Origin: Patescibacteria group bacterium
Lineage (GTDB): Bacteria > Patescibacteriota > Patescibacteriia > UBA1558 > GWA2-36-10
Reading direction: 5' to 3'
Length of the DNA stretch: 64,000 bases
NCBI GenBank assembly: GCA_018819405.1
Contig: JAHJQF010000001.1
Span: 162,097 to 226,096, forward strand
The notes under the pieces were generated by a model, which worked only from the letters and a program-made list of their open reading frames with translations, made no database searches and was not told the origin of the DNA. Numbering within the stretch: position 1 is the first letter of the stretch; each line of letters begins with the position of its first letter. Made by a program: the position numbers and the translations under genes. Positions 29,142 to 41,962 of this stretch are shown here, piece by piece.

Positions 29142-29819
29142 CTAGTCTATAATATCCCTAAATATTATCAATTCTAAATTATTGATTTTACTATGTTTCT
29201 TTTTAGCATTTATTTGCAAATTATTCAAGCCGCTGACAAGATTTACTTCTTTGATAAAATTACCATCACTATCTAAAAGAACTGTTTCATTATTGATAGT
29301 TAGCTGAACTTCCGGCTTTGTCTGCCCCTTGATAAAGACGCTGCTTTCGCTGGTACGAAAATTGTTGTTTGGCTCGCTAATAATAACTTGCGGTGGTGAT
29401 ACAATATTATTTATCTCCCAAGCCAAATATCCCAAGAGAATTAATACCAAAAAACCAATAGATAAAATTTTCAAAAAATTTGGTTTCAAAATATTATAAT
29501 TGGGGATGCTTTTTGAGTCATTTGGTTTAGAAACTTTTATTAATTTATCTCTGACTGATTTCTCTATTTTATAATCTGCCAAAAGCTCGCTAATATCTAA
29601 AGACAAAAAATCGGCATAAAGTTTTAGCCATGCTTTGGCATAAATATCGCCCGGCAACTTTTGGTAATCTCCTTCTTCTAAAATCTCCAAATACTTTATC
29701 TGTATTTTAGTTGCCTGACTCATTTCCTCCAAAGAAACCTCTTGGCTGATTCTAGCTTGTTTTAATTTGTCAGACAAAGTCTGACCTCGGCTTATTTTCT
29801 TTTGTCTAAAGCTGGCCAT
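29142..29819 (-). CDS. RodZ-like cytoskeleton protein (XRE-type HTH, TM anchor and extracytoplasmic domain)
   Basis: HTH 'LSDKLKQARISQEVSLEEMSQATKIQIKYLEILEEGDY', followed by a single TM helix. Confidence 0.5.
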   Translation of the reverse strand: MASFRQKKISRGQTLSDKLKQARISQEVSLEEMSQATKIQIKYLEILEEGDYQKLPGDIYAKAWLKLYADFLSLDISELLADYKIEKSVRDKLIKVSKPNDSKSIPNYNILKPNFLKILSIGFLVLILLGYLAWEINNIVSPPQVIISEPNNNFRTSESSVFIKGQTKPEVQLTINNETVLLDSDGNFIKEVNLVSGLNNLQINAKKKHSKINNLELIIFRDIID

Positions 29820-29834
29820 ATAAATTTACAGGGT

Positions 29835-32063
29835 TTAATATCTGTCCCTTTCTTCATCTTCTTCCTCATCTGTCTCACCTTCAACCTCCTCATCAATATC
29901 TTCTTCATCAAGCGGTGATTCAAAATTCTCCTCCAGATCTTCTTGTGAGACCATAACCTCACGAGGCTTAGATCCTTCTGACGGCCCAACTACACCCATT
30001 TCTTCTAATATATCCAAGAGCCTAGCTGCTCTAGCATAGCCAATCCTTAATCTCCTCTGCAGCAAAGTAGCTGAAGCCTTGCCGGCTTTTATAACAACTT
30101 CTTTAGCCTCCAAAGATAAATCATCTTCATAGTCTCCGCCACCACCAAAACCAGCCACATGACCGCTTGGCTTTTCTGTCACATCATCATTATACTCTGG
30201 CTCAGCCTGATCTTTTAAGAAATCCACTACATCGTTTATTTCTTCATCGGATACATAGGCTCCCTGAATACGGCGAGGTTTGGAAAGCTCGGCTGTCATA
30301 AACAACATATCACCTTTGCCCAAAAGCTTTTCTGCTCCGGAAGTATCAATAATAGTACGGGAGTCCATGGCCGAGGCTACGGCAAAAGCAATACGGGAAG
30401 TAATATTGGCTTTGATAAGACCAGTAATAACATCTACTGACGGTCTTTGGGTGGCCAAAACCAGATGTATACCAACCGCCCTAGCCATCTGAGCCAAAGA
30501 AACAACGGCTGCTTCTATTTCTTTGGCTGCCAAAGACATCAGAGCCGCAAATTCATCAACAATCACCACTATATAAGGTAAACGATTAACAATAACGGCA
30601 CTATTATAACTATCAATGTTCCTTTTGCCGGCGGCTTGAAGTAATTTGTACCTTTCATGCATCTCCTTTACTACCCAACGGAGAGCATTGATAGCTTTAT
30701 CTGTTTCGTTGATAACTGGGGTCAGTAAATGTGGTATATTGTTGTATGATGAAAGTTCTACTCGTTTAGGATCAATTAAAATAAATTTTAATTCATCAGG
30801 AGAATTTTGATAGATCAAACTTAATATTATGTTATTAATACAAACTGACTTGCCACTACCAGTAGAGCCGGCTACCAAAAGATGGGGCATAGTAGCTAAG
30901 TTGGCCAAAATTGCACTACCAGCTACATCTTTACCCAAAGACAGCTGTAGACTGTTTTTTCTTTTTCTATAAGCGCTGCTTTCTAAAATTTCCCTGAGTT
31001 TAACTGTAGAGACAGTTTGATTTGGTACTTCTATACCCACCAAAGATTTGCCTGGAATAGGTGCTTCCATACGCAAAGGATGAGCCGCCAAAGACAAGGC
31101 CAAATCATTTTGCAAAGTAAGCATCTGAGAAAGCCTGACCCCTTCCGCCGGACGCAAAGTATATTGAGTGACTGTTGGTCCAACATTTACCTCTCCCATT
31201 GTCACGTCAATCCCAAAATTTTCCAAAGTCTTTTGAATCTTATTCATATTAGCGTTGATATCTCCGGAATCAGGCTTGGAATTTGATTTTGATAAAAGCT
31301 CAATTGGCACTACAATCTTGGGCCTAGCCTTTCTGACTTGAGGCTTTTCTTCCGTTTCTTCATCAACAAAATCTTCGGCCACCTCTTCTTTACTCTCTTC
31401 CATTTCTTCATCAGGAGAAAACTCTTCTTTGTTTTCTATCATGTCTTCATCAGGAGAAAACTCTTCTTTATCATCATTTTCTTCCTCTTCTTGCTCAGAC
31501 AAATCTGCCTCGGGCAAAAATTTTTCTTTTATTATACCCAAGACTTTACCCTTCTCAATCATATCCTTAAAAGAAGTGTTGAAAGCCAAAAATATTCCAA
31601 TAAATAAAAGTGCAAAAAGTATTACCATTGAACCCCAAAAACCTAAAAAGCTTTGAAGTGTCTGCCCTATAAAAAATCCCAAGGCCCCGCCGCCTTTACC
31701 AGCAGAAATTATTTCTTTTAGGCTAAATTCTGAAACAAAAAAATGAAATAAGCCGGAAAAAGCCAGCATCATCAAAACTAACCCAATATATCCCGATATT
31801 TTAATAGCATAACGACCACTTCTAACCAACAAATAGCCCAACCAGAGTAAAATCAAAATAAATATCCAATCAGCCCAACCAAAAGCATAAGATAGGCCAA
31901 AATTTAGATAGCGGCCAAAAGCGCCAGCTAAATCAAAAATTGATAAAATACTTAAAAAGGCTACTGTAAAAATAAGTATTGTAAAAATAGCCCCTTTAGT
32001 TTCTGGGTTTATACTAAAACCCTCTTCTTCATTTTGATAGACTCGTCTTTTTCTTCTAGCCAT
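29835..32063 (-). CDS. ftsK: DNA translocase FtsK/SpoIIIE
   Basis: N-terminal TM helices, an acidic linker, the motor 'LLVAGSTGSGKSV', and a C-terminal gamma winged-helix domain. Confidence 0.9.
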   Translation of the reverse strand: MARRKRRVYQNEEEGFSINPETKGAIFTILIFTVAFLSILSIFDLAGAFGRYLNFGLSYAFGWADWIFILILLWLGYLLVRSGRYAIKISGYIGLVLMMLAFSGLFHFFVSEFSLKEIISAGKGGGALGFFIGQTLQSFLGFWGSMVILFALLFIGIFLAFNTSFKDMIEKGKVLGIIKEKFLPEADLSEQEEEENDDKEEFSPDEDMIENKEEFSPDEEMEESKEEVAEDFVDEETEEKPQVRKARPKIVVPIELLSKSNSKPDSGDINANMNKIQKTLENFGIDVTMGEVNVGPTVTQYTLRPAEGVRLSQMLTLQNDLALSLAAHPLRMEAPIPGKSLVGIEVPNQTVSTVKLREILESSAYRKRKNSLQLSLGKDVAGSAILANLATMPHLLVAGSTGSGKSVCINNIILSLIYQNSPDELKFILIDPKRVELSSYNNIPHLLTPVINETDKAINALRWVVKEMHERYKLLQAAGKRNIDSYNSAVIVNRLPYIVVIVDEFAALMSLAAKEIEAAVVSLAQMARAVGIHLVLATQRPSVDVITGLIKANITSRIAFAVASAMDSRTIIDTSGAEKLLGKGDMLFMTAELSKPRRIQGAYVSDEEINDVVDFLKDQAEPEYNDDVTEKPSGHVAGFGGGGDYEDDLSLEAKEVVIKAGKASATLLQRRLRIGYARAARLLDILEEMGVVGPSEGSKPREVMVSQEDLEENFESPLDEEDIDEEVEGETDEEEDEERDRY

Positions 32064-32140
32064 TTTTGGTGAAAATTATCAGTTTATAATACCTATATTT
32101 TACCATATATAAGAATAAAATAAAATCCCCCCAACAAATC

Positions 32141-32168
32141 AAAAACCCCCAAAAATAGGGGGCTTTTG
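32141..32168 (-). terminator. Intrinsic terminator downstream of rpoC ('ccccc aaaaata ggggg' hairpin flanked by A/T runs)
   Basis: Seen in sequence: a 5-bp G/C stem at 32146-32150 / 32158-32162, with a T run on the minus strand. Confidence 0.5.
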
Positions 32169-32186
32169 CGAAAAAATATTCTTTTA

Positions 32187-35100
32187 TTATTTTATAAAAC
32201 CCGTGCCCGCTGGAATCTTGCGACCAATAATTACATTCTCCTTTAGACCCTTTAGATGATCTACTTTACCGGAAATTGCCGCATCAATGAGCACCCTAGC
32301 TGTTTCTTGGAAAGACGCTGCTGATAAGAATGAGTCTGAGGTAAGAGCGGCTTTGGTAATGCCCAAAAGTAGAGTGTCTCCAGTTGCTTTCTTACCCTTA
32401 GAATTAATATTGGCCTCTTGGAATTGAGTATAGGTTATCACCTCACCTGGCAATAGTTCAGTATCTCCCACATCTTTGACCAAGATTCTAGAAAACATCT
32501 GTCTGACAATAAGCTCAACGTGTTTATCATTTAGATTCTGGCCTTGTGAAGAATAAATATGTTTGATCTCACTAATAATATATTTTTGAACACTGAGCAT
32601 ATCTTTGAGATCATAGAGCTCTTGCAAGTCAATGCTTCCTTCGGTAATCTGCTGACCTTCTTCTACTAGATCCTTATTTTTAATCCAGAGATTATATCCA
32701 GCCGGTATTATGACTTCCTGCATACTTCCTTCTTTACTAATGACCTTAAGGGTTTTGTCTTTAATCTTTATAACACCATCTAGCTTAGTCCTGACTTTGT
32801 CTTTATTATCAAGCATGATGACCTGATCAACTTCTACTTCTTGACCATCTTTTACTTTAAGATCGGTATTATCTTTAATTTCATATTCTTCTACTCTGAT
32901 TTCCTGTGGTTTGATTTTGATGATTCTCTGATCTTTGGAAATAAGTTTTTGATCATCCTCAATATATACTACACCTGAAAGTGGCGCCAAGATAGCTGAT
33001 TTTTTAGGCGGCCTAGCTTCAAATAACTCCTCTACACGAGGCAAACCTTGAGTAATATCTCCTTCGGCTACACCGCCAGTATGAAAAGTTCTCATAGTAA
33101 GCTGTGTGCCGGGTTCACCAATACTTTGAGCAGCCACAATACCAACAGCTGTTCCTTGTTTGACTAACTCATTATAACCCAAATCAAAACCATAACATTT
33201 TTTACAAGCTCCGCGGATAGATTTACAAGTCAATATTGATCTTATTTTTATCTGATCGGGATTGGCTTTGGCTACTAATTCGGAAGCCTCTTTATCCACC
33301 AAAGTGCCTTTTTTGACAACTACTTTACCTTTAGCGTCTTTGATATCTTCTATTAGAACTCTACCTGTAGCTCTTTCGGCCAAGGTCTCGTTTATAGCAT
33401 CACTTTCTTCTTTAGTAATCACCAAACCCTCTTTGTCTTTACAATCATCTTCCAAAATTACCATATCCTGAGAAACGTCCACCAAACGCCTAGTCAAATA
33501 TCCGGCATTAGCCGTACGAAGAGCAGTATCTGATAGACCTTTTCTAGTACCATGAGTAGAGATAAAGTATTCCAGCACATCCAGACCCTCTTGAAAGTTG
33601 GCCTTGATAGGCAATTCGATAATATCACCAGCTGGATTAATCACCAAGCCTTTGATGCCCATGATCTGAATCATTTGTGACAAAGATCCTCTAGCGCCTG
33701 ACTCAATAATAGACGCTACGGAATTTTTTGGATCCAAAACTTCTTGAACCCTATCATAAATACGATTTTTTATTTCATTCCAAACTTCAATGACCTTGAT
33801 ATATCTTTCATTATTAGTCAAAAGTCCTTGATTATATTGTTCCTTAATTTCTTCTACTCTTCTTTCTCCTTCTTCAATCAATTCTTTTTTGATTTTTAAT
33901 TTTGGAATATCATCCATCCCCCAAGAAAGACCGGAAGCAGTAATATTTTTAAAGGCTACTTCTTTGATATCATCAAGTAGCTTGACTGTCTGGTCGTGGG
34001 GCAAAGTACGAAAAGCATCGGCTACAATATTTTTCATTCCTTTTTTATCGAGTGTCTTGTTCACATAACCCATCTTATCCGGCAGTATTCTATTAAATAT
34101 AATCCTACCAACCGATGTTTCCAAAATCTGATTCTTTTCTTTGGCAATTCTAACTTTGATAACATCCTGAAGACCAATCACTCCCAAGGCAAAAGCTTTT
34201 TCTGCCTCATCTTCATCACCAAAAGCCTTGGTCAATTTTGACTCTGGATGAATATAAGTCAAATAATAACATCCCCAAACAATATCCTGACTTGGCACAG
34301 TTACTGGATCACCGGTAGCCGGCTTCAGTAGGTTGTTTGATGATAGCATAATAGTACTAGCTTCTTCTTTGGCTTCTTCAGTCAAAGGAACATGAACAGC
34401 CATTTGATCTCCATCAAAGTCAGCATTAAAAGCCGTACAAACTAAAGGATGAAGCTGGATAGCTTTACCTTCTATAAGAGTCGGCTGGAAAGCCTGAATA
34501 CCCAAACGATGAAGGGTTGGAGCACGATTCAATAATACATGAGCATCTTTGATAATATCTTCCAGAATTGCCCATACCTCCTGGTGCCCAGCCTCAATAT
34601 AACGATTGGCACTACGGACATTATGAACCAATTCTTGTTTTATAAGTTGAGAAATTACAAATGGTCTAAAAAGTTCCAAGGCCATAGTCTTTGGCAAACC
34701 ACACTGATAAAGTTTTAAATGCGGACCAATGACAATAACACTACGTCCAGAATAATCAACACGTTTACCAAGCAAATTTTGTCTAAAACGTCCTTGCTTA
34801 CCTTTTAGCATGTCCGCAATACTCTTGAGAGTTCTCTTTTGACCAGTAGAAGCAGTAACTGTCTTACCATGACGGGCATTATTATCAATCAAAGCATCCA
34901 CTGCCTCCTGAAGCATTCTTTTTTCATTTCTTTGAATTACTTCTGGAGCATTGAGCTCTTTGAGTCTTTTTAGACGATTATTTCTATTGATGACACGACG
35001 ATACAAGTCATTCAAATCAGATGAAGCAAAACGCCCACCATCAAGCTGAACCATTGGTCTCAAATCTGGAGGAATGACTGGAATAGTGGTCATAATCATC

Positions 35101-36065
35101 CACTCGGGTCTAATTTTATTTATAATCAAGTTCTTGACCAGTCGTGACCTTCTAATAAGTTTTTTTCTCTTAGACGCTATGGAGTCTTCTATTTCTTTTT
35201 CCAAAGAATTATAGAGTTCTTTTAGATCAATCCTCTTGAGTAATTCCCTGACAGCCTCAGCCCCAATACTGGCCTCAAACACATGACCATAACGCAAGGC
35301 TAACTCCTGATATTTAGTCTCAGAAATTATTTGCAATTCTCTTAACTCACGCAATTCCTTTAGAGCCACATCAGCGGCTTCTTCCAAGGTTTTAATTTTA
35401 TCAATCTTAGCAACATTTAAATTCATCAAATCCTGCTCAATCTGTTTTTCTACTTTATCTTTTGGCTGGCCATCAGCGATGAGTTTGGTTTTACGATTAT
35501 TGGCTTCCTGAGTTCTTTGATTAAATTCATTATCAATCTGCTTGCGCTTGTTTTTTAATTCACCCTTTATCTGTTCTATGGTTTCTTTACGAGCAACATC
35601 ATCAACATTGGTAATAATAAAACTAGCAAAATAAATAACTTTTTCTAGAGACTGAATACTCAAATCCAAAACCAAACCGATCTTGGATGGAATACCACGT
35701 AAAAACCAAATATGAGATACAGGAGCGGCCAAATCAATGTGTCCCATTCTTTCACGACGAACAATAGCACGAGTCACTTCTACACCACACTTATCACAAA
35801 CAATTCCTTTGTAACGAATTCTTTTATATTTACCACAATAACACTCCCAGTCTTTGGTTGGTCCAAAAATCTTTTCACAAAACAAACCGTCTTTTTCTGG
35901 TTTTTGCGTTCGGTAGTTTATAGTTTCTGGTTTCAAAACCTCACCGTGTGACCAGTTGTGTATGTCTTCAGGAGAAGCCAATCTTAGTTTGATAGCATCA
36001 AATTCTAAGACGGTATTTTTTTCCTGTGACATAAAGGTAGTTTTTGTTGATGATGGAGTAGGCAT
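32187..36065 (-). CDS. rpoC: DNA-directed RNA polymerase beta' subunit
   Basis: Full conservation, including the 'NADFDGDQM' catalytic loop and the zinc-binding N-terminus; 1292 aa. Confidence 0.97.
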   Translation of the reverse strand: MPTPSSTKTTFMSQEKNTVLEFDAIKLRLASPEDIHNWSHGEVLKPETINYRTQKPEKDGLFCEKIFGPTKDWECYCGKYKRIRYKGIVCDKCGVEVTRAIVRRERMGHIDLAAPVSHIWFLRGIPSKIGLVLDLSIQSLEKVIYFASFIITNVDDVARKETIEQIKGELKNKRKQIDNEFNQRTQEANNRKTKLIADGQPKDKVEKQIEQDLMNLNVAKIDKIKTLEEAADVALKELRELRELQIISETKYQELALRYGHVFEASIGAEAVRELLKRIDLKELYNSLEKEIEDSIASKRKKLIRRSRLVKNLIINKIRPEWMIMTTIPVIPPDLRPMVQLDGGRFASSDLNDLYRRVINRNNRLKRLKELNAPEVIQRNEKRMLQEAVDALIDNNARHGKTVTASTGQKRTLKSIADMLKGKQGRFRQNLLGKRVDYSGRSVIVIGPHLKLYQCGLPKTMALELFRPFVISQLIKQELVHNVRSANRYIEAGHQEVWAILEDIIKDAHVLLNRAPTLHRLGIQAFQPTLIEGKAIQLHPLVCTAFNADFDGDQMAVHVPLTEEAKEEASTIMLSSNNLLKPATGDPVTVPSQDIVWGCYYLTYIHPESKLTKAFGDEDEAEKAFALGVIGLQDVIKVRIAKEKNQILETSVGRIIFNRILPDKMGYVNKTLDKKGMKNIVADAFRTLPHDQTVKLLDDIKEVAFKNITASGLSWGMDDIPKLKIKKELIEEGERRVEEIKEQYNQGLLTNNERYIKVIEVWNEIKNRIYDRVQEVLDPKNSVASIIESGARGSLSQMIQIMGIKGLVINPAGDIIELPIKANFQEGLDVLEYFISTHGTRKGLSDTALRTANAGYLTRRLVDVSQDMVILEDDCKDKEGLVITKEESDAINETLAERATGRVLIEDIKDAKGKVVVKKGTLVDKEASELVAKANPDQIKIRSILTCKSIRGACKKCYGFDLGYNELVKQGTAVGIVAAQSIGEPGTQLTMRTFHTGGVAEGDITQGLPRVEELFEARPPKKSAILAPLSGVVYIEDDQKLISKDQRIIKIKPQEIRVEEYEIKDNTDLKVKDGQEVEVDQVIMLDNKDKVRTKLDGVIKIKDKTLKVISKEGSMQEVIIPAGYNLWIKNKDLVEEGQQITEGSIDLQELYDLKDMLSVQKYIISEIKHIYSSQGQNLNDKHVELIVRQMFSRILVKDVGDTELLPGEVITYTQFQEANINSKGKKATGDTLLLGITKAALTSDSFLSAASFQETARVLIDAAISGKVDHLKGLKENVIIGRKIPAGTGFIK

Positions 36066-36091
36066 ATTTTTAAATTTATAATTTACAAAAA

Positions 36092-39000
36092 TTATTTTTC
36101 TGACTCAGACGCTACTTCTTCTGACAAACTCAAGTCAGCTACAACAGGAGCTTCTTCTTTGAGTATTTCTTGAGTTTCCCGGTCAACGTCTTCAATCTTG
36201 GCCTCTCTTTCTCCGACGAGCTCTACTTCCAATCCAAGGCCTTTTAGCTCTCGAACCAAAACATTGAATGATTCAGGTATATTTAAACGCTTGATAGGTT
36301 CACCTTTGATGATTGACTCATAAGCCTTGGATCTACCTGGCACATCATCAGATTTGATAGTTATCATTTCCTGCAAAGTGCTGGCAGCACCATAAGCTTC
36401 TAAAGCCCAGACTTCCATCTCACCAAAACGCTGACCACCAAACTGAGCCTTACCACCCAACGGTTGTTGAGTAACAAGAGAGTATGGTCCGATAGACCTC
36501 TGATGAATTTTGTCTTCTACCAAATGATTTAGTTTCAACATATAAGCCACGCCAACAGTTGTCTTGTTGTCAAATGGCTGACCAGTGCGGCCATCATATA
36601 ATTGCAATTTACCATCTTCCGGCCAACCAGCTTTGGCTAGCTCCCCTCTGATGATTTCTTCGGACACTCCGTTTAGAGCCGGACTAGCCACTTTATAGCC
36701 AGCGGTTCTAGCCGCCAAACCTAAATGAGTTTCTAGTAGCTGCCCCAGGTTCATACGAGAAATAACACCCAGCGGATTCAAAATAATATCAACTGGTGTA
36801 CCATCAGCCAAAAATGGCATATCTTCTATTGGTACTACACGGGATATTACACCTTTATTTCCATGTCGGCCGGCCATCTTGTCACCGACTTGCACTCTTC
36901 TGAGTTGAGCAATAGTAATCTGAATAGTCTTGATTACTCCGGCCGGTAGTTTATCACCCTTATCACGAGAAAATACCTTAACTCCGATTACCTTACCTCG
37001 TTCTCCATGCTTCAAATAAAGAGATGTGTCTCTGACGTCTTTGGCTTTTTCACCAAAGATAGCTCGCAAAAGTTTTTCTTCAGCTGACAATTCGGTTTCA
37101 CCTTTAGGAGTAATTTTACCTACCAGAATATCTCCCGATGAGACATTGGCCCCAATTCTGACTACTCCTTCACGATCAAGGTCTTTTAATTTTTCTTCGC
37201 TGACATTTGGAATATCACGAGTGACCACTTCTGGACCAAGCTTGGTATCACGGATATCAATAGAGTAATCCTCAATACTAATAGAAGTATAATTATCATT
37301 TTTTACAACTCTTTCTGATATCAAAATAGCATCCTCATAATTTCCTCCATCCCAAGTCATATAAGCAACCAACATGTTTTGGCCTAGAGCCAACTCTCCT
37401 TGATCAGTAGCTGCTCCATCAGCAATTACCTCACCCTTTTTGACTTTTTGTCCTTTATCAACTATCGGGTGCTGATTCATACTAGTAGAAGTATTGGAAC
37501 GAGAAAATTTATTTAAGTTATAAATTATTGTTTCTCCTTTTTTATTGCTTACTTCAATACGGCGACTATCAACATAAGTAACCTCACCGTCATCTTTGAC
37601 TACAATCACCTGTCCAGAATCCATAGCTGCCTTAGCCTCAACACCAGTACCAACTACAGGAGCTTGCGGACGAATAACCGAAACTGCCTGACGTTGCATG
37701 TTTGTGCCCATAAGCGCTCTGACCGCATCGTCATGTTCCAAAAATGGAATTAAAGATGTAGCAATGGAAATAATTTGATTTGGAGCAACATCCAACAAAT
37801 CAATTCTTTCTACTTTATCATAAGTAGGATTTCCCTTAACTCTAATTTCAGAATAATCATTTATAAAATAACCTTTTTCATCAATCGGTGTAGTGGCCGC
37901 GGCGGTGTTATATCTTTCCTCTTCAAAAGCATCAAAATAAACTATTTCATTGGTCACCAATGGTTTGATGGGGACTATTTCAATTTCTGTATGCTTGGCC
38001 AATTCTTTAGCTACGCTAGCGGTGATAGTTTGTCCAGCGCCAACAATTGTTTTTTTGCCATCTGGGGTTTTGATGTCTTCTCTGGCTATTTTATCAGTGG
38101 TTACCTTTGGATCATTATCTATATCATGAAGTACTCGCCTAAAAGGAGTTTCAATAAAACCAAAATCATTTACTTTGGCGTAAGATGCCAAATGCCCGAC
38201 TAGTCCGATATTTGGACCTTCGGGAGTGGCAATCGGACAAATACGACCATAGTGAGTACGATGTACATCACGGACTTCAAAGCCCGCTCTTTCACGAGAT
38301 AGACCACCTGGTCCCATAGCTGACAAACGACGTTTGTGCTCTAGCTCAGCCAAAGGATTTACCTGGTCCATGAATTGAGAAAGTTGTGAGCTCATAAAAA
38401 ATTCTTTGATCACACCAATCACTGGACGGGCATTGATAAGCTGATTTGGAGTAATACTTGTCATGTCCAAAGTGCTCATCCTGTCTTTGACAATGCGCTC
38501 CATACGAGCCAAGCCAATCCTAAACCTGTTTTGGACAAGTTCTCCGATAGCTCTGACCCGCCTGTTGCCCAAGTGATCAATGTCATCAGCATCTTCTTGG
38601 CTAAGATTTAATTTGATAATTTCTTTGACCACCAAAATCAAATCTTCTTTTCGTAAGACTCTGGTATTTTTATTATTTGGAATGTCTAGTGCAAATCTAG
38701 AATTGATTTTGTATCTACCAACCCGACCAAAATCATAACGATCAAAATCAAAAAACATAGAATGAATAAGAGATCTGGCATTTTCAGTAGTAGCCAAATC
38801 GCCCGGCCTAATACGACGATAAATTTCTTTTAAGCCCTCGGCTTCGTTTGTAGAAATATCTTTGTTGATTGTAGCCTTGATAAATTTTACCTCTGGGTGA
38901 GTGTCAACATCTTTAAATAAATCTGTTATTTCTTCATCGGTAAAATACCCAAAGGCGCGCAAGAGTGCGGTGATAGGTACTTTTCTTTTTCTATCTATCT

Positions 39001-39535
39001 TTACGTAAATGACATTGTTGACATCAGTCTCAATTTCCAACCAAGCACCACGATTTGGTATAAGCTTGGCTCCATAGTATTTGCGACCACGCATGACCGA
39101 AGATGTAAAAAACACACCAGCACTTCTGATAAGCTGAGAAACAACTACACGTTCTACACCATTGATAATAAAAGTACCGCGATCAGTCATCAATGGAAAA
39201 TCTCCCAAATATATTTCTTGTTCTTTGACTTCGCTGGTTCTTTTGTTGACCAGCCTTATGTTGACTCGCAGTGGAGCCTCAAAAGTAATATTTTTATCTT
39301 TGGCTTTGACTTCGTCAAATTTTGGCTCGTCCAAATAGTAGTCTTGAAAATAAAGCTCAAGATCACGACCAATAAAATCTTTGATTGGAGAGATTTCCTC
39401 AAAAAGTTCTTTTAGTCCTTCTCTAAAAAACCAGTCATAGGACTTTTTCTGAACCTCAATAAGGTCCGTCAAAGGAATGGCTTCACGCAGATCAGTAAAA
39501 TACTTGCGCGAAGTAGAAGTTTTTACTTGGGGCAT
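36092..39535 (-). CDS. rpoB: DNA-directed RNA polymerase beta subunit
   Basis: Full conservation ('[18 protein letters not shown]' and others); 1147 aa. Confidence 0.97.
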   Translation of the reverse strand: MPQVKTSTSRKYFTDLREAIPLTDLIEVQKKSYDWFFREGLKELFEEISPIKDFIGRDLELYFQDYYLDEPKFDEVKAKDKNITFEAPLRVNIRLVNKRTSEVKEQEIYLGDFPLMTDRGTFIINGVERVVVSQLIRSAGVFFTSSVMRGRKYYGAKLIPNRGAWLEIETDVNNVIYVKIDRKRKVPITALLRAFGYFTDEEITDLFKDVDTHPEVKFIKATINKDISTNEAEGLKEIYRRIRPGDLATTENARSLIHSMFFDFDRYDFGRVGRYKINSRFALDIPNNKNTRVLRKEDLILVVKEIIKLNLSQEDADDIDHLGNRRVRAIGELVQNRFRIGLARMERIVKDRMSTLDMTSITPNQLINARPVIGVIKEFFMSSQLSQFMDQVNPLAELEHKRRLSAMGPGGLSRERAGFEVRDVHRTHYGRICPIATPEGPNIGLVGHLASYAKVNDFGFIETPFRRVLHDIDNDPKVTTDKIAREDIKTPDGKKTIVGAGQTITASVAKELAKHTEIEIVPIKPLVTNEIVYFDAFEEERYNTAAATTPIDEKGYFINDYSEIRVKGNPTYDKVERIDLLDVAPNQIISIATSLIPFLEHDDAVRALMGTNMQRQAVSVIRPQAPVVGTGVEAKAAMDSGQVIVVKDDGEVTYVDSRRIEVSNKKGETIIYNLNKFSRSNTSTSMNQHPIVDKGQKVKKGEVIADGAATDQGELALGQNMLVAYMTWDGGNYEDAILISERVVKNDNYTSISIEDYSIDIRDTKLGPEVVTRDIPNVSEEKLKDLDREGVVRIGANVSSGDILVGKITPKGETELSAEEKLLRAIFGEKAKDVRDTSLYLKHGERGKVIGVKVFSRDKGDKLPAGVIKTIQITIAQLRRVQVGDKMAGRHGNKGVISRVVPIEDMPFLADGTPVDIILNPLGVISRMNLGQLLETHLGLAARTAGYKVASPALNGVSEEIIRGELAKAGWPEDGKLQLYDGRTGQPFDNKTTVGVAYMLKLNHLVEDKIHQRSIGPYSLVTQQPLGGKAQFGGQRFGEMEVWALEAYGAASTLQEMITIKSDDVPGRSKAYESIIKGEPIKRLNIPESFNVLVRELKGLGLEVELVGEREAKIEDVDRETQEILKEEAPVVADLSLSEEVASESEK

Positions 39536-40010
39536 AAAGATAGTGCTAACTAGATTGTTTAATTAGCCTTATAGTATAAGGGCTTTATATTATAGAAAGT
39601 TTGCAGTCACAAAAAAGAACTCACCCGATTTTGGGTCAGTTATTTACATTAATTTTCATTTAAAATAGGCTTGGGGCCAAAAATTGCATAGCCCAATGGT
39701 ATCAAATTTGACACCTATTGTCAAGGTCTTGTCCTCATCACTCAGAAACAACAGGCTATTTTTAAGTTTTTTTATCTAATATTAGATAAAAAGTTGCTAT
39801 ATATAAAAGAAAAAATTTGTCAAATTTTATATGTTTTACCAATAAATAAAGGCTATATATACACATATATAGTCATTTACCTACACTTTATCCACACCGT
39901 ACAACCTCGCTACGCTCGGTCTACGGTGCAAGCGTCTTTATTTTTGACTGATTTTAGATAAATCCCGCACCATTTTTGAGTATTAAAAAATGGTGCGGGG
40001 TAAAAAAATA

Positions 40011-40048
40011 GGACGGGGGTCACACGATGCACGTGTGACTTCCCGTCC
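40011..40048 (-). terminator. Intrinsic terminator of the GC-rich pilin gene (hairpin 'ggacggg...cccgtcc' with inner 'gtcacacg/cgtgtgac', followed by a T7 tract on the minus strand)
   Basis: Seen in sequence. It is preceded by a second perfect 11-bp hairpin at 40052-40077 that overlaps the stop codon. Confidence 0.6.
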
Positions 40049-40070
40049 TTTCTCCTAGTACCTGCTGGTA

Positions 40071-40493
40071 CTAGGAGCCACTGGTGAGCTCGACAATCTG
40101 CTGACTGTCAGCTCCGTAGCCGGTGATGACATATCCGATGTTGATGTTCCCTTGCTTGATGGGCTGGTAAAAGACCTGACCCGGACCGGGAACCTCGTCG
40201 GTCATGATCGCGTCACGCGGCTCGGTCACTTGGTTAGTGAAGGCGTTTTCCAGCAGTTGCTCAGCGGGCAGCAAATACAGGAAATAGACCACCTTCTCGG
40301 GGTAGCGACCGTCGTTTCTGACGACGTAGTCCTCGACGGCCAGCTGCACGGTGTGGCAGACGCCCTTGGTCTTGGCCTCCATGGCCCGGTTCTGCATGCT
40401 GATGAAGTTGGGGATGGCGATGGCCGCCAGGAGACCGAGGATGACCACAACGATCATCAGCTCGATGAGAGTAAAGCCCTTGCGATTGAACAT
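40071..40493 (-). CDS. Type IV pilin / pseudopilin (prepilin-peptidase-processed), GC-rich and compositionally foreign
   Basis: 'MFNRKG|FTLIELMIVVVILGLLAAIAIPNF' is a class III signal with Glu+5. GC is about 58%. It has an AGGAGG SD, and its promoter TTGACA-N17-TAAGAT is at 40601-40630. Confidence 0.75.
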   Translation of the reverse strand: MFNRKGFTLIELMIVVVILGLLAAIAIPNFISMQNRAMEAKTKGVCHTVQLAVEDYVVRNDGRYPEKVVYFLYLLPAEQLLENAFTNQVTEPRDAIMTDEVPGPGQVFYQPIKQGNINIGYVITGYGADSQQIVELTSGS

Positions 40494-40600
40494 TAGACAT
40501 TCCTCCTAGAAAGGGTGAAACTGCCAAGAACAACGAAACAATCTATTTTTAGCCAATTTCGGCATTGTATATAGAACAAACGCTAAAAGCGAATCATATC

Positions 40601-40630
40601 ATCTTATCACAAAATAAGTCTTTTGTCAAG
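40601..40630 (-). promoter_or_regulatory. Pilin promoter (minus strand) with its -35 inside an imperfect palindrome 'ataagtcttTTGTCaagacttat' at 40614-40636
   Basis: On the minus strand the sequence reads TTGACA-aaagacttattttgtga-TAAGAT. The 9-bp palindrome arms suggest an operator. Confidence 0.45.
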
Positions 40631-40662
40631 ACTTATTTACACAAAACTAGCTCTTTTATTAG

Positions 40663-41949
40663 TTATTTCAACAATTCTTTAAAAACTCGTCTATCATCCC
40701 AAGGAATTTTTTGACCATTTGCCACACATATAAATTGTTCTGAACCTTTACCAGTAATAAGTATTAGGTCGTTAACTTGAGCCAATTCTATTGATTTTTG
40801 AATAGCCTCACGTCTATCTTCTACTTTAAACAAATCTTTATCCAGTGTTTTGCCAACCTCAATAGCTCCACGGGCAACATTGTTTATAATTTCTATTGGA
40901 TCATCATCATATGGGTCTTCGTTTGTTACAATTACTATATCAGCGTTCTCTCCCGCCATTTTACCAAGTACTGGTTGACGAGCTTTATCTCTTCCTCCAC
41001 CGCATGATCCCAAGATATGAATCAATCTATTTTTTTTTATTTTTTTCAAAGTCTGATAAAGTTGGCCTAAACCCTCTGGCTCAGGAGCATAATCAACTAA
41101 TACTTTAAAATCCTGTCCCTCATCAATCCATTCCTGACGACCTGGTACATTTTTTAATTTTGTTTGTACTAAATTTTTGAGATCAAAACCTAACTCTGCT
41201 ATTGCTACCATAGCTGACAAAACATTATAAACATTAAATTTAGCAATAAATTTTGTATCTATCCTATTACCATGCACAGAAAATGACACTCCGTTTTCCA
41301 AATCAATATCCTGTGCCTGATAATCAGATTGTTTATCAATAGAGTAAGTGACAAATTTATCAACTTTTATTTTTTTGAGCCTCTCTGTTTCCATATCATC
41401 ATTATTGGACACAACTATTTTGATTATTTTCTCACCATCTATTATTTTTATCTTGCTAGTTGATAGGTGTTTAAAAAGTTTTTCTTTATACATTCGATAA
41501 TTTTCAAAACTACCATGAGCCTCGATATGCTCGGGTGTCAGATTGGTAAAAATAACTGTATCATAATTTATCCCCGCATGACGAAATTGTTCTACACCTT
41601 GAGACGATGTTTCAATCACCGCATATTTACAACCAGCTTTGACCATATCAGATAAAAGTCTTTGTGTTTGCATGCGCCCAAGCATTGTCATTTTTTTGTC
41701 ATTGAGCCATTCTTTTTTAGCGACTTTAAAATTAGCAGTTGAAGCCAAACCAACTTTTTGATTTTGGGACTGCAAAAACTGAGCTACAAAATTAACAGTC
41801 GCTGTCTTACCATTGGTGCCGGTCACGCCTATCACAATCAATTTGTCACTAGGGTTTCCAAAAACAAAAGCCGCCAACTTGGCCAAAGTGTGATGATAAG
41901 CCAAGATGATTTTTTTGCCCAATATTTTTTTTATTAACTTTTTAAGCAT
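40663..41949 (-). CDS. Mur ligase family protein (MurE-like, lacking the N-terminal domain)
   Basis: 'VIGVTGTNGKTAT' P-loop and the C-terminal Mur ligase domain; 428 aa. Confidence 0.55.
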   Translation of the reverse strand: MLKKLIKKILGKKIILAYHHTLAKLAAFVFGNPSDKLIVIGVTGTNGKTATVNFVAQFLQSQNQKVGLASTANFKVAKKEWLNDKKMTMLGRMQTQRLLSDMVKAGCKYAVIETSSQGVEQFRHAGINYDTVIFTNLTPEHIEAHGSFENYRMYKEKLFKHLSTSKIKIIDGEKIIKIVVSNNDDMETERLKKIKVDKFVTYSIDKQSDYQAQDIDLENGVSFSVHGNRIDTKFIAKFNVYNVLSAMVAIAELGFDLKNLVQTKLKNVPGRQEWIDEGQDFKVLVDYAPEPEGLGQLYQTLKKIKKNRLIHILGSCGGGRDKARQPVLGKMAGENADIVIVTNEDPYDDDPIEIINNVARGAIEVGKTLDKDLFKVEDRREAIQKSIELAQVNDLILITGKGSEQFICVANGQKIPWDDRRVFKELLK

Positions 41950-41962
41950 CCTAATATGGTTG

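Noticed and set aside
40152-40533. Three alternative ORFs overlapping the pilin gene
   Set aside because: These are GC-rich frame artefacts. The pilin frame has the class III prepilin signal, an SD and a promoter.
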